Shown piece by piece: positions 9,009-19,145 of a DNA stretch of 64,000 nt. The notes beneath the pieces were generated by a model. That model ran no database searches. It was given only the letters and a program-made list of their open reading frames with translations, and was not told the origin of the DNA. Origin of the DNA: Candidatus Cloacimonadales bacterium (lineage in GTDB: Bacteria; Cloacimonadota; Cloacimonadia; G963667145); contig OZ245797.1 in NCBI GenBank assembly GCA_965228195.1, forward strand, positions 646,540 to 710,539, in the 5' to 3' direction. The first letter of the stretch is position 1. Each line of letters begins with the position of its first letter. Both the position numbers and the translations under genes were made by a program.

Positions 9009-9897
9009 AAATCAAGTTAATTATCAGGCTAATTTTAAAACTGAAGACGAGATAGATCTGCTGGAGATATTCGCCAAACTGTGGCGAAAAAAACGGACGA
9101 TAATCTTGCTGACGGCTATCCCCACTTTGCTTGCCGTAGCGTTTGCCCTGTTCAAGATGGAGCGGGTAAACCTTTACAAAGCCACCACCACGATCAACTC
9201 TTACCAAGAGAAAGAAAGCTCCAACAAAAATTACTACCAAGACCTGATCAAATCGGCAGTGGCAGGAGAGAAGTTTTTACAAGAGGTGCAAAAACAGTTT
9301 CCATCGGTGACCATTCAAAACTTCCGCTTTAGCTTCGATGAGTCCAAAAAAAAATCTCAACAACTTGCTGGTAGCATCGCCATCTCGGTTGTCTCTGCCG
9401 ATCAAGAGTTGGTTGAGCCGGTAGCCAATTTGGCTCCCGTGGTTATCCAGAAGGTGCTGAGCGAAGATTACCCAGACCAAATCAGCCAAAGCAAAGAAAG
9501 AAAGAGGCTCAAAGAAGAGAGCGTGGTCGCTTATCGTAACAACTTGGCTTTGCTAAAAAGCAAAATCGAAAAAGCAAAATCTCAAGAAGATGCAGATTAT
9601 CTGCTGACGCTGGTGTCATCGCTGAACGCAAGCCTTGCCAGCATCGAGAAAAGCTCGGTTTTTGACTACTCCAAGGTAAAGGTTTTGGATAGAGCCAAGC
9701 GCCCTACTTTAAGCATCCGCGATCAGGAGATTTTGAAGAAAAAAAGAGAGAGCGAACTTTCGGGTAAATGGAAAAGCAAAAAGGTGATTGTCTTGGTCAC
9801 TTTCTTCACCTTTTTCTTCTTGTCGGTGATGTTGGTTTTGCTACTAGATTTTATCAAGAACAACAAAGACAAGTTTAGAGAGTATCTCGACCAATAG
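9001..9897 (+). CDS. Wzz-like polysaccharide chain-length determinant family protein
   Basis: The N-terminal EIDLLEIFAKLWRKKRTIIL plus a TM helix is Wzz-like. A coiled-coil middle and a C-terminal TM helix follow. Confidence 0.5.
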   Translation: MSENQVNYQANFKTEDEIDLLEIFAKLWRKKRTIILLTAIPTLLAVAFALFKMERVNLYKATTTINSYQEKESSNKNYYQDLIKSAVAGEKFLQEVQKQFPSVTIQNFRFSFDESKKKSQQLAGSIAISVVSADQELVEPVANLAPVVIQKVLSEDYPDQISQSKERKRLKEESVVAYRNNLALLKSKIEKAKSQEDADYLLTLVSSLNASLASIEKSSVFDYSKVKVLDRAKRPTLSIRDQEILKKKRESELSGKWKSKKVIVLVTFFTFFFLSVMLVLLLDFIKNNKDKFREYLDQ

Positions 9898-9937
9898 TCG
9901 TCTTTTTGTAACAGTTATAAGAAAAAGAGAAGGATTT

Positions 9938-12037
9938 ATGAGCGACATAAAAAAGATTTTCGGGCAAAAAGTTTTCAACCGATTTTCGGTGCGAAAAAGG
10001 TTGTCTGGCAAAGATTTCGAACAGTTTATTCTTTGCATAGAGAACAACTTGCGACTGCCAAAAGAGCTTGCCGACAAGATAGCCACCGCCATGAAAAATT
10101 GGGCGATAGAAAAAGGAGCCACCCATTACACCCACTGGTTTCAACCGCTGACTGGCTCCACTGCCGAAAAACACGACTCTTTCATCAATCCGACCAACAA
10201 AGGCAACAGCATCGAGCTCGAGCTCTCGGGAGCCGAACTGATCCAGGGCGAGCCTGACGCCTCTAGCTTCCCCTCAGGAGGACTGCGTAGCACCTTCGAG
10301 GCACGCGGTTACACCAGCTGGGACTACACCTCACCCGCTTTTCTCAAAGAAGACACCGCCGGGGTCACCTTGTGTATCCCCACCGCTTTTTGCTCCTACA
10401 ACGGAGAAGCTCTGGACAAAAAGACGCCACTGCTACGATCTATGCAGGCAATTAACAAACAAGCGACCCAGCTGCTGCACAAACTGGGATACCAAGATGT
10501 AAAAAAAGTGACCTCCAGCGTAGGTGCCGAGCAAGAGTATTTTTTGATAGACAAAAAATATTTTGCCAAAAGGCTAGATCTGATCACCTGCGGAAGAACA
10601 ATTTTTGGCGCAGACGCCCCCAAAGGGCAAGAGCTGGACGACCACTACTTCGGACAAATCAAAGACAGAGTTGCCAACTTTATGAAAGATTTGGATTATC
10701 GCCTCTGGGAGATGGGCATAACTGCCAAGTCGAAACACAACGAGGTGGCTCCCAGCCAGTTTGAGCTGGCGTCGGTCTATTGTCAAACCAACCTTGCTGC
10801 CGACCAAAACCAGCTGGTGATGGAGACGATGAAGAGAGTCGCCCTAAGGCACGATTTGGTCTGTTTGCTCCACGAGAAACCTTACCAAGGCGTCAACGGC
10901 TCGGGCAAACACAACAACTGGTCTTTGATCTCCGATACAGGCATCAACCTCTTTGAGCCGGGGGCAACACCCGAAAAAAACCAACTTTTCTTGGTTTTCT
11001 TGGTCGCCGCTCTCAAAGGGTTCGACAAACACGCCGACCTCTTGCGCGCCTCGGCTTCCAATCTGGGCAACGAATACCGTCTGGGTGGCAGCGAAGCTCC
11101 CCCGGCGATCATCTCCGTGTTTTTGGGAGAAGCGCTAACCCAAGTGCTAGAGAACATCGAGAAAGGAGTTAGCGTCATCAGCCCCAAAGGCAGCTTCTTG
11201 GAGCTGGGCGTGGACACCTTGAGCAAGATGCCCAAAGACAACACCGACAGAAACAGAACCTCGCCCCTGGCTTTTACGGGCAACAAGTTCGAGTTCCGCA
11301 TGGTGCCCTCCTCCACCTCCATCTCTATGCCCAATGTCGTCTTGAACGCCTTGATGGCACAAGAGCTCGCTAGCCTCAACCAGCGCCTTGGAGAGAGCCA
11401 AGATGTGACCAGCGAGATCTATAAATACTTGCAAGAGACTATCCCCCAAGTAAAAAGGGTTATCTTCAACGGCGACAACTACTCCAACGACTACCACCAA
11501 AGAGCCAAAGAGCTGGGGCTACCTTGCCTTGACAACACCGCTCAAGCTATCGCCGCTTATCAAACCAAGAAAGCAGAAGAGCTTTTTACCACCACGGGTA
11601 TCCTTACCTCACAAGAGCTAAACTCTCGCTCGGAGATCTATTACCAAAGATATTACAAGCAGGCCCTGATCGAGGCTCGCACCGCCAAGAAGATGATCAA
11701 CACCCAATACTTCCCGGCGATTATGAACTACATCGGCAAGTTGGCACGCTCCATAAAAGATCTGAGCCAGATTAAAAGCGAGCAAAAAATTCAGTCGGCT
11801 ATCTTGGAGAAGATCAACTCCCACTTTGCCAACGCCTACGAGAAACTAAGGAAGCTTTGTCTGACGATGGAAACGGTGAGCGTTGCCAAAACCGACCAAG
11901 AGAAGGCAGAGATTTGTGCGCAGAAGTTGAATCAAGATCTGAAAAAGTTACGCCAAGAGATCGACCAGATGGAAAATCTTCTGCCGGCAGACATATGGCC
12001 GGTGCCTTCTTACTGGCAGATGATGTTCAAACTGTAG
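9938..12037 (+). CDS. glnN: glutamine synthetase type III
   Basis: 699 aa, the typical GSIII length. The N-terminal FGQKVFNRFSVRKRL...WAIEKGATHYTHWFQPLTG region is conserved among GlnN proteins. Confidence 0.9.
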   Translation: MSDIKKIFGQKVFNRFSVRKRLSGKDFEQFILCIENNLRLPKELADKIATAMKNWAIEKGATHYTHWFQPLTGSTAEKHDSFINPTNKGNSIELELSGAELIQGEPDASSFPSGGLRSTFEARGYTSWDYTSPAFLKEDTAGVTLCIPTAFCSYNGEALDKKTPLLRSMQAINKQATQLLHKLGYQDVKKVTSSVGAEQEYFLIDKKYFAKRLDLITCGRTIFGADAPKGQELDDHYFGQIKDRVANFMKDLDYRLWEMGITAKSKHNEVAPSQFELASVYCQTNLAADQNQLVMETMKRVALRHDLVCLLHEKPYQGVNGSGKHNNWSLISDTGINLFEPGATPEKNQLFLVFLVAALKGFDKHADLLRASASNLGNEYRLGGSEAPPAIISVFLGEALTQVLENIEKGVSVISPKGSFLELGVDTLSKMPKDNTDRNRTSPLAFTGNKFEFRMVPSSTSISMPNVVLNALMAQELASLNQRLGESQDVTSEIYKYLQETIPQVKRVIFNGDNYSNDYHQRAKELGLPCLDNTAQAIAAYQTKKAEELFTTTGILTSQELNSRSEIYYQRYYKQALIEARTAKKMINTQYFPAIMNYIGKLARSIKDLSQIKSEQKIQSAILEKINSHFANAYEKLRKLCLTMETVSVAKTDQEKAEICAQKLNQDLKKLRQEIDQMENLLPADIWPVPSYWQMMFKL

Positions 12038-12044
12038 AGGTGTT

Positions 12045-12821
12045 ATGAGTTTTTCCAAAAAGAAGTTTGCCTCTTTTAGCCAGGAAAAACGAAGAAAAGA
12101 ACTTTTTTGTTTTTTACAAAAAATAGAAGAGCAGTGGACAGATGAGCAAAGCAAAGCCGAGTTAATCGATGAGTATCAAGCCCTATCACCTTTGGCAGAG
12201 CCTGAGTTTGCTAAGGTAGATTTCACCAGCAGACGCAGCCTCTGGCAAAGCTTGACTAAGCTGGAAACTTTACACCAGATTAGCAAAAGCGACTACCAAA
12301 TCTTGAGCCAAGATGGTAAAAAAAGCTACAACAATCACCAAGAGTTGCCGCTGGTTTTGATTTTGGACAACCTTCGCTCGGCTTTCAATGTGGGAGCGAT
12401 TTTGCGCACCGCCGAGTGTTTCAACATCGAGAAGGTCGCTTTTTGCGGAGTGACGCCCGACTTGCAAAACCAGAAAGTGAAAAAGACTTCGATGGGATGC
12501 TGGCAACACCTGAAGACGGAAAACTATAACAGCACCAGCCAAGCTATTGAAACTTACCGAAAACAAGGCTACGCCGTCTTTGCCCTGGAGACCACCACCG
12601 CCTCTTTGCCCCTGGCTACTGCCGAGTTTGAGCAGCCTACCGCTTTGGTGCTGGGCAACGAAGCTTTGGGGATCGACAAGCAAACTTTACTGCTGTGCGA
12701 CAAGATTTACCAGATCGAACTCGGCGGTTGGAAAAACTCACTCAATGTGGGAATTTGTTGTGGCATTGCCCTTTACCAGCTGAGTCAAAAAATAAGCGAA
12801 AAGAAAGTTTTAAACCAGTAG
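12045..12821 (+). CDS. TrmH/SpoU-family RNA 2'-O-methyltransferase (RlmB-like)
   Basis: The SPOUT motifs LVLILDNLRSAFNVGAILRTAE, LVLGNEALGI and ELGGWKNSLNVGICCGIALYQL are present. Confidence 0.8.
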   Translation: MSFSKKKFASFSQEKRRKELFCFLQKIEEQWTDEQSKAELIDEYQALSPLAEPEFAKVDFTSRRSLWQSLTKLETLHQISKSDYQILSQDGKKSYNNHQELPLVLILDNLRSAFNVGAILRTAECFNIEKVAFCGVTPDLQNQKVKKTSMGCWQHLKTENYNSTSQAIETYRKQGYAVFALETTTASLPLATAEFEQPTALVLGNEALGIDKQTLLLCDKIYQIELGGWKNSLNVGICCGIALYQLSQKISEKKVLNQ

Positions 12822-12830
12822 GTTAAGATT

Positions 12831-14063
12831 ATGTTAGAACCGAACCTAACCTTATTCATAAGATTTGTTTTGACCCTAGCCATCGGGCTTTTGGTGGGAG
12901 CAGAGCGCGAAATATCCAGACTGCACAAGAAAAATCGTCTGGCTTTGGGCATTCGCTCGACCACCTTGCTGTGCATCTTGGGATTTTTGTGCGGTGAGTT
13001 GCACCGACTAGGAGTCGGCTTCATCATCCCTTGTGGGCTTTTGGTCGCCTGCGCCATTGTCCTATTTAACCAACTGCAAAAAAACCGCAACAACACCTAC
13101 GGCTGGACAGGTAGCATCACCTGCCTTGTCTGTTACCTTCTGGGCGTGTTGATGGCTTTAGGCATCCTTTGGCTTGCGGTGGTAGCGTCTCTTACTGCCG
13201 TCTGTTTGCTCTCGCTCAAAAAAGAGCTACTCGATCAGATAAATGGCCTGAAGCACTACGAGGTCATCGACACCCTGAAGTTCTTGGTCATTAGCCTGAT
13301 TATCTATCCGCTACTACCGGACAAACCTTTTCAGCCTTACAACTTAAACCCAAAATCTATCTGGGAAGTGGTGGTTGTGGTCAGTTTGATCAGCTTTTCG
13401 GCTTACATCCTCATCAAGAAGTTCGGCACCAAACATGGACTGAACTTCAGCGCTTTTTTCGGCGGCTTCATCTCGGGCAACGCATCGACCATCTCTTTTG
13501 CCAAACTTTGTCAAAACCAAACTGTCTGCTCCCACAAACTCAGCTTGCGAGCCGCACTCTTGGCAGCCAGCGTCACCCACATCAGGATCGCCCTTTTCTT
13601 GTTCATCTTCAACCCCGGCCTTTTTTACCTGCTTTGGTGGAAGCTGCTGCTCTACTTCGCTTCGGGAATTGTGCTTTGCACCTTTTTGCAAGACAAAGAA
13701 AGCTTGCCACGAGTCTTACCGAGGTTTCATCCGCTGGAGCTACGGACTGCCCTGAACTTCGCCTTGATTTTCACCATCATCTCCATCCTCATCGAACATT
13801 TCAAATCGACTGCCGATGAGCTGGGGATGTTTATCTTATCTTTTTTCTCAGGAATAACCTCCTCCACGCCTTTCATCCTCTCCATCTCCAAGGAGTTTAC
13901 CGAATCTTCACCAGCCATAGGCAGATACATCTTGATCACCTTGGTTATCTCCACGACGATGAAAGGAATCTACTTTTATCTATTTAACCACCAAAACGGA
14001 AAGACCACTTTTTCGTTTTATTTTAGCTGGATTATCGTCCAAATAGGAGCTATCTTTGTCTGA
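12831..14063 (+). CDS. MgtC/SapB-family membrane protein with DUF4010-like C-terminal region
   Basis: The N-terminal AIGLLVGAERE is the MgtC signature. The protein is polytopic with about 10 TM helices. Confidence 0.65.
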   Translation: MLEPNLTLFIRFVLTLAIGLLVGAEREISRLHKKNRLALGIRSTTLLCILGFLCGELHRLGVGFIIPCGLLVACAIVLFNQLQKNRNNTYGWTGSITCLVCYLLGVLMALGILWLAVVASLTAVCLLSLKKELLDQINGLKHYEVIDTLKFLVISLIIYPLLPDKPFQPYNLNPKSIWEVVVVVSLISFSAYILIKKFGTKHGLNFSAFFGGFISGNASTISFAKLCQNQTVCSHKLSLRAALLAASVTHIRIALFLFIFNPGLFYLLWWKLLLYFASGIVLCTFLQDKESLPRVLPRFHPLELRTALNFALIFTIISILIEHFKSTADELGMFILSFFSGITSSTPFILSISKEFTESSPAIGRYILITLVISTTMKGIYFYLFNHQNGKTTFSFYFSWIIVQIGAIFV

Positions 14064-15480
14064 AAAAATCAAACTAGAAGAAACTTTGCAAAGGGAGTTC
14101 GATGCCGACTCCTTGAATAGAGCCAAAACCTTGTTTTACAAAAGATTATCGTTTTTGCTACACAGCCACTTCCAAGGCAAGCTGGAGGTGATGCCCAAGG
14201 TGCCTGTGTGGGGCGCAGAAAGCTTTAGCTTGTGGTACACCCCAGGAGTATCAGAGGTCTCTTGCCAGATCAGAGAAGAGAACCTTAAGGCAGACACCCT
14301 AACTTGCAAAGGCAGAAGCGTGGCTATCGTCTCCGACTCCACCAGAGTCCTCGGGGACGGAGATTGCACGCCACCGGGCGGTATGGGAGTGATGGAAGGC
14401 AAGGCTCTGCTGCTGAAATACTTGGCAGGTGTGGACGCCATACCGCTGTGCATCGACTCTTATAACGAAGATGGAGTTCACGACCCCCAAAAGATCATTC
14501 AAGTGGTGAAAGCTTGCAGCCCCAGTTTTGCCGCCATCAATCTGGAAGATATCAGCCAACCCAACTGCTACACGGTGCTCAAGAAGTTGCAAGAGGAGCT
14601 GAAGATCCCCGTGTGGCACGACGACGCCCAAGGGACGGCTTGCACCATCTTGGCTGGGCTTTACAACTCGCTCAAGCTGGTTGAGAAAAAAATCGGCGAA
14701 GTGAAAGTCGTTTTAATCGGGGCAGGAGCAGCCGGTAGCCAGATTGCCACCTATCTGCTCAAGGCAGGGGTAAGCCCGAGCAGGTTGTTCATCTTCGATC
14801 AAGACGGTGGTTTGCACGCCGACAGAAAAGATTTTGAAGACGACCCCCAATATTTCAAGCAGTGGGAGTTGTGCCAAAATACCAATCGAGAAAAGATTGA
14901 CAGCCCGCTGGTAGCTTGCCAAAACGCAGACATACTCATCGGTGTCTCTGCCCCCGGCACGATAAATTCTCAGATGGTAACCAAGATGAACCAAAAAGCG
15001 ATCGTGTTCGCCTGCGCCAACCCTGTCCCCGAGATCTATCCAGCCCAAGCAAAGCTAGCGGGAGCTGCAATCGTTGCCACCGGTAGAAGCGACTTCCCCA
15101 ATCAAATTAACAACTCCTTGGTTTTCCCAGGATTGCTCAGAGCGGTGGTGCAGACCGGTGCCAGCAAGATCACCGACTCGATGGCTCTGGTCGCAGCGCA
15201 AGCTATCGCTACCACCTTATCGGAAGAAGAGCTGACGACAGAGAAAATCGTCCCTTCTATGGAAGATAAGCGCCTGGTGCCAAACCTGCTTGAAAGCGTC
15301 TGCCAAGAGATCAAAAAAGAAGGGTTAAACAAAAAAGAGGTGAACCCCCAGCAGCTTTGTGACGATTACCAAAAAGAGATCTCCCGCATCAGAGATTATA
15401 CTCAAAAAATCCAAACTTTCCCTCCAGAGCTGATAGAAGAAGCTTTGCAATGGACAAAAGAAAAATTAACAAACTCCTGA
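14056..15480 (+). CDS. NAD(P)-dependent malic enzyme (malate dehydrogenase, decarboxylating)
   Basis: 474 aa. LSLWYTPGVSEV, VAIVSDSTRVLGDGD and GAGAAG are conserved in the malic enzyme family. Confidence 0.9.
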   Translation: MSEKIKLEETLQREFDADSLNRAKTLFYKRLSFLLHSHFQGKLEVMPKVPVWGAESFSLWYTPGVSEVSCQIREENLKADTLTCKGRSVAIVSDSTRVLGDGDCTPPGGMGVMEGKALLLKYLAGVDAIPLCIDSYNEDGVHDPQKIIQVVKACSPSFAAINLEDISQPNCYTVLKKLQEELKIPVWHDDAQGTACTILAGLYNSLKLVEKKIGEVKVVLIGAGAAGSQIATYLLKAGVSPSRLFIFDQDGGLHADRKDFEDDPQYFKQWELCQNTNREKIDSPLVACQNADILIGVSAPGTINSQMVTKMNQKAIVFACANPVPEIYPAQAKLAGAAIVATGRSDFPNQINNSLVFPGLLRAVVQTGASKITDSMALVAAQAIATTLSEEELTTEKIVPSMEDKRLVPNLLESVCQEIKKEGLNKKEVNPQQLCDDYQKEISRIRDYTQKIQTFPPELIEEALQWTKEKLTNS

Positions 15481-17651
15481 TTTTAACTCTTTTTGGTCTG
15501 AGCTGCTGCCTACCACTACATAGCCAAGAGAGTAAAATCGGGCTGGCTCTCTCGGGCGGAGGAGCCAAAAGCATCGCCCAGATAGGCGTTTTGCAGGTGA
15601 TCGACAGCTTGCAAATCCCCATCGATATGGTCTCGGGAACCAGTATGGGCTCGGTCATCGGAGCTTTATACGCCTGTGGCTACTCTGGCAAAGAGATAGA
15701 GAAGCTGTTTTTGCAAACAAACTGGCAAGAGCTTTTTGATGAGTCTGTCTCCAGAAAAGATTTTGCGGGAAGCAAAAAAAGGTGGAAACTACTCACCTCG
15801 CTCTACCTCTACCTCACCGACGACTTCAAACCCCGATTGCCCCAAGGTATCTTATACGGTTCGCACATCACCAACAAGTTTTTCGAGATGACTTATCCGG
15901 CTTACAACATCAGAGATTTTAGCCAACTACCGATCCCTTTCTTTTGCAAAGCCACAGACCTGTATCGCACCAGATCGGCTCTTTTGGACAAAGGTTTTTT
16001 GCACACCGCTTTGCGCGCCTCCATCAGCATTCCCTCGGTGTTCACCCCCATCACCATCGACTCTAGCACCTATGTGGACGGCGGGCTTTTAGACAACTTC
16101 CCTACCAAAGATTTGCGCGACAAGCAGATGGATCTGATCATCGGGGTGAAAACCACCTTTGCCAGCAAACAAGATGGAGAAGAGAACCTACTGTCTGTGC
16201 TAGACAAATCTTTGGGCGTGGGTATCAACCAAAATGTGCAAACCTCACAGAAACTCGCCACGGTGCTTATCTATCCCAAACTAGAAGAAAAAACTTTTTT
16301 GCTCGATTTTAAAAACCTTGCCAAGATTATAAAAGCCGGTAAAAAAGAGGCAATAAAAAAAATCCCTGAGCTAAAAAAAATGAGCAACCCCCAGAAGTTC
16401 GCTCTGGCAAAAGAGAAAAAGATGCGCTTCCGAAACCAAGAGAACAGTTTTCACCTGAAGAAGGTCGATATCCAAGGAAACGAAAACCTTTCTAAGAAAA
16501 CTATTTTCAGCATGGCCAACTTAAAAAAAGAGAAGATTAAAACACAAAAAGATGTCGCCAAGATTTGCAAGAAGCTTTACGACACCGACTATTTCGACTA
16601 CTGTTACCCTCTTTTGAGCAAAGACAGCCTGAGTATTGTGGTCAAAGAAAAACTACGCCAAAAGATCGGGTTTTACGCCAACTACAACGATTACACCGAC
16701 CTTTCTCTGGGAACACTGCTCAAGATCGACAACCGAGTGTTGCGCAACTCCAACATCTTGGCAAACCTAGAGTTCGGGGGAAAAACCGAGATAGATTTGG
16801 ACTTCGTCAAAAACTTCGGCAACCGCTGGGGAGCTTACCTGAGAGGATTTGTCTCTCATCTGGATCAACCTTGCTACATCTACAACTACCAAGATTTTGC
16901 CGAATACAACGACCAAAACAAGATGAATAAGGCGGAGACCAACATCACCTTGGGAATGGGGCTGTTTACCAACAAATCGACCGTCTTAGAAGGTTACTAC
17001 TTCTACTACCTCTCCGCTTTTGAAAAAAGTTTGCAAGAGCAAAACATCCACCAAAGAACTTTTCAAACCAACGGTCTGGGCGTAAAACTTTACTACGAAT
17101 TTTTGGACGACTCCTACATCCCTATGGACGGTGAGTCTGTGCTGACCAAGTTTCATTTGAGTCACAAAGAGCTAGACAGCGACGCCGAGTATCAGAAGTT
17201 TTTTTGCAAATACAAGAAGCTGTTTCCCATCATCGACGAAAAGCTCAGCTTCAAACTGCGTCTGGCTTACGGCAACATCTCCAGTAGTAGTAGCCTGCCC
17301 AAAGAACACGACCCTTTTTATCTGGGTGGCATCGACAACTTCTTGGGGTTTGAGACCAACTCCATCATCGCCCCCGTTTACAAACTGGCTTATTTGGGCT
17401 TTCGTTACCGCTTTCAAAAAAACTTTTACTGGGATATGGGGATAAACGGCGCCGACTTGCGCGAAAAAGATGACTGGGATCTCTCTTCGGAAGAACCAAG
17501 CACCTTTCACAAAGGTTGTGGCACCACCTTAACTTACTACAACCCTCTGTTTATCGCCCGCATCTCGGCTGCCTGTAACGACCAGAAAGACAACTACTTC
17601 TACTTTTCGCTTGGCTACAACTTCGACTCGTTCGAGTTTTCCAAGAAGTAA
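15450..17651 (+). CDS. patatin-like phospholipase fused to an Omp85/surface-antigen beta-barrel (PlpD-like, type Vd-like)
   Basis: Signal peptide present. GLALSGGGAKSIAQIGV is the oxyanion GGGxK/R motif and GTSMG is the GxSxG motif. The DGG motif is also present. The C-terminal region of about 350 aa is aromatic-rich and ends with a terminal F, as in beta-barrel proteins. Confidence 0.8.
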   Translation: MDKRKINKLLILTLFGLSCCLPLHSQESKIGLALSGGGAKSIAQIGVLQVIDSLQIPIDMVSGTSMGSVIGALYACGYSGKEIEKLFLQTNWQELFDESVSRKDFAGSKKRWKLLTSLYLYLTDDFKPRLPQGILYGSHITNKFFEMTYPAYNIRDFSQLPIPFFCKATDLYRTRSALLDKGFLHTALRASISIPSVFTPITIDSSTYVDGGLLDNFPTKDLRDKQMDLIIGVKTTFASKQDGEENLLSVLDKSLGVGINQNVQTSQKLATVLIYPKLEEKTFLLDFKNLAKIIKAGKKEAIKKIPELKKMSNPQKFALAKEKKMRFRNQENSFHLKKVDIQGNENLSKKTIFSMANLKKEKIKTQKDVAKICKKLYDTDYFDYCYPLLSKDSLSIVVKEKLRQKIGFYANYNDYTDLSLGTLLKIDNRVLRNSNILANLEFGGKTEIDLDFVKNFGNRWGAYLRGFVSHLDQPCYIYNYQDFAEYNDQNKMNKAETNITLGMGLFTNKSTVLEGYYFYYLSAFEKSLQEQNIHQRTFQTNGLGVKLYYEFLDDSYIPMDGESVLTKFHLSHKELDSDAEYQKFFCKYKKLFPIIDEKLSFKLRLAYGNISSSSSLPKEHDPFYLGGIDNFLGFETNSIIAPVYKLAYLGFRYRFQKNFYWDMGINGADLREKDDWDLSSEEPSTFHKGCGTTLTYYNPLFIARISAACNDQKDNYFYFSLGYNFDSFEFSKK

Positions 17652-17653
17652 AC

Positions 17654-18298
17654 TTAGCTCCTTAAGTTGCGAATGTTTTGGGTATAATCTCCTGCAAAAA
17701 CATAGCTACCTGCCACCAAAATATCGACACCGGCTTGCACCAACTCAGGGGCGTTACCATCGCTCACACCACCGTCAACTTGGATAAGGAAGTTGTGCTT
17801 TTGCTTGAAGGGCCTCAGGTAGTCTAGCTTGTTGTAAACCAGCGGCAAGAAAGATTGTCCGCCAAATCCTGGGTTAACACTCATCAGCAAAACAAAATCT
17901 AGATCGGGCAAAAGCGGCTCCAACAGACTCACGGCGGTGCCTGGATTGATGGCGATGCCCGCTTTTATGCCATAAGATTTGATCTTGTGCAAGAGGCGAT
18001 GAGAGTGAACTGTCGCCTCCAGATGAAAAGAGAGATACTCCACCCCGATCTTTGCCAGCTCGTCGATGTAATCTTCGGGACGATCTACCATCAAATGGGC
18101 GTCCAGATCTATCTTGGTGCCAGCCCGCAGCGCCTTAATGATGGGAAAACCAAAAGTCAAGTTGGGGACAAAATGGTTGTCCATGATATCCAGATGCAAC
18201 ATATCCGCTTCGCTCAACTTCGCCAGCTCGCCTTTTAAGTTACAAAAATCGGACGACAATAACGAAGGAGCTATCAGCGGCCTTTTTTTCTCAGCCAT
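17654..18298 (-). CDS. rpe: ribulose-phosphate 3-epimerase
   Basis: 214 aa. SLLSSDF, HLDIMDNHFVPN and VNPGFGGQ are the classic Rpe motifs. Confidence 0.9.
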   Translation of the reverse strand: MAEKKRPLIAPSLLSSDFCNLKGELAKLSEADMLHLDIMDNHFVPNLTFGFPIIKALRAGTKIDLDAHLMVDRPEDYIDELAKIGVEYLSFHLEATVHSHRLLHKIKSYGIKAGIAINPGTAVSLLEPLLPDLDFVLLMSVNPGFGGQSFLPLVYNKLDYLRPFKQKHNFLIQVDGGVSDGNAPELVQAGVDILVAGSYVFAGDYTQNIRNLRS

Positions 18299-18597
18299 TT
18301 ATACACCTCTCTATTATTTTTTAGGTAGAAGATGACATCACGAAAAGCCAAACCAGTTCTAGAATGAAGCCGATCCATTATCTCCTCTTTTAATAAAAAA
18401 AATTCCTGTAGCCAAATATTATCGACTACAGAAATATACAAAACACCGTTCTCAAACTTTTCTACAAGGCTACAAGAGTCCATACCTTTGCCCACACAAC
18501 CACGCCAATGTAACAAAATCAAGGCGAAATCTCGGTACTTTTCTCCGGCAACTTTGAGCAAAAAAGAGCGGATATTAAACTTGGTAACTGCTCCCAC
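18274..18597 (-). CDS. DUF721-domain protein (DciA/YaaB-like)
   Basis: 107 aa. The pattern LKVAGEKYRDFALILLHW..VGKGMDSCSLVEKFENGVLYISVVDNIWLQEF follows the DUF721 consensus as I recall it. Confidence 0.45.
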   Translation of the reverse strand: MGAVTKFNIRSFLLKVAGEKYRDFALILLHWRGCVGKGMDSCSLVEKFENGVLYISVVDNIWLQEFFLLKEEIMDRLHSRTGLAFRDVIFYLKNNREVYKWLRKKGR

Positions 18598-18602
18598 GAA
18601 AA

Positions 18603-19145
18603 CTAAAGATCAGCTTCCTTAGTTTCAGTTTTCTCTTCTGCCGAAGCTGATGCTTCAACCTCTTGCGCTTCTTGCTCTTGTTCTGGCAAAGCTTCTATCT
18701 GGCTGTTTTTCACCAAAACTTTGATGTTCACATTCACCGACGCTCCGAAATTCAAGACGACATCAAACTCACCCAAAGATTTAATCTTCTCGGGGATCTC
18801 CACCATCTTTCTTTTCACATCCAAACCAAAAAGCTCTTTGATTTTGGCTATAATCTCCACATCGGAGACAGAACCGTAAAGCTTGCCGTCTTTGTCGGAG
18901 TTCATCTCAAACTCTAGGCACTTGCCTTCCAAAACAGAAGCGGACTCTTTCAGCTCAGCCAAAAGTTTTAGCCTGGCTGCTTCAGCCTTCTTCTTGATCG
19001 ACTCTATCTTTTGCAAGTTGTTTTTGTTAGCCAAAACAGCTTTTCCTTGGGGTAACAAGAAGTTGCGTGCAAAGCCATTTTTGACCTCTACGACTCCACC
19101 GGCTTCACCCACTTTATACAAATTTTCAGTTAAAATCACTTTCAT
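18603..19145 (-). CDS. rplI: 50S ribosomal protein L9 with acidic C-terminal extension
   Basis: [37 protein letters not shown] is a canonical L9 N-terminus. Confidence 0.9.
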   Translation of the reverse strand: MKVILTENLYKVGEAGGVVEVKNGFARNFLLPQGKAVLANKNNLQKIESIKKKAEAARLKLLAELKESASVLEGKCLEFEMNSDKDGKLYGSVSDVEIIAKIKELFGLDVKRKMVEIPEKIKSLGEFDVVLNFGASVNVNIKVLVKNSQIEALPEQEQEAQEVEASASAEEKTETKEADL

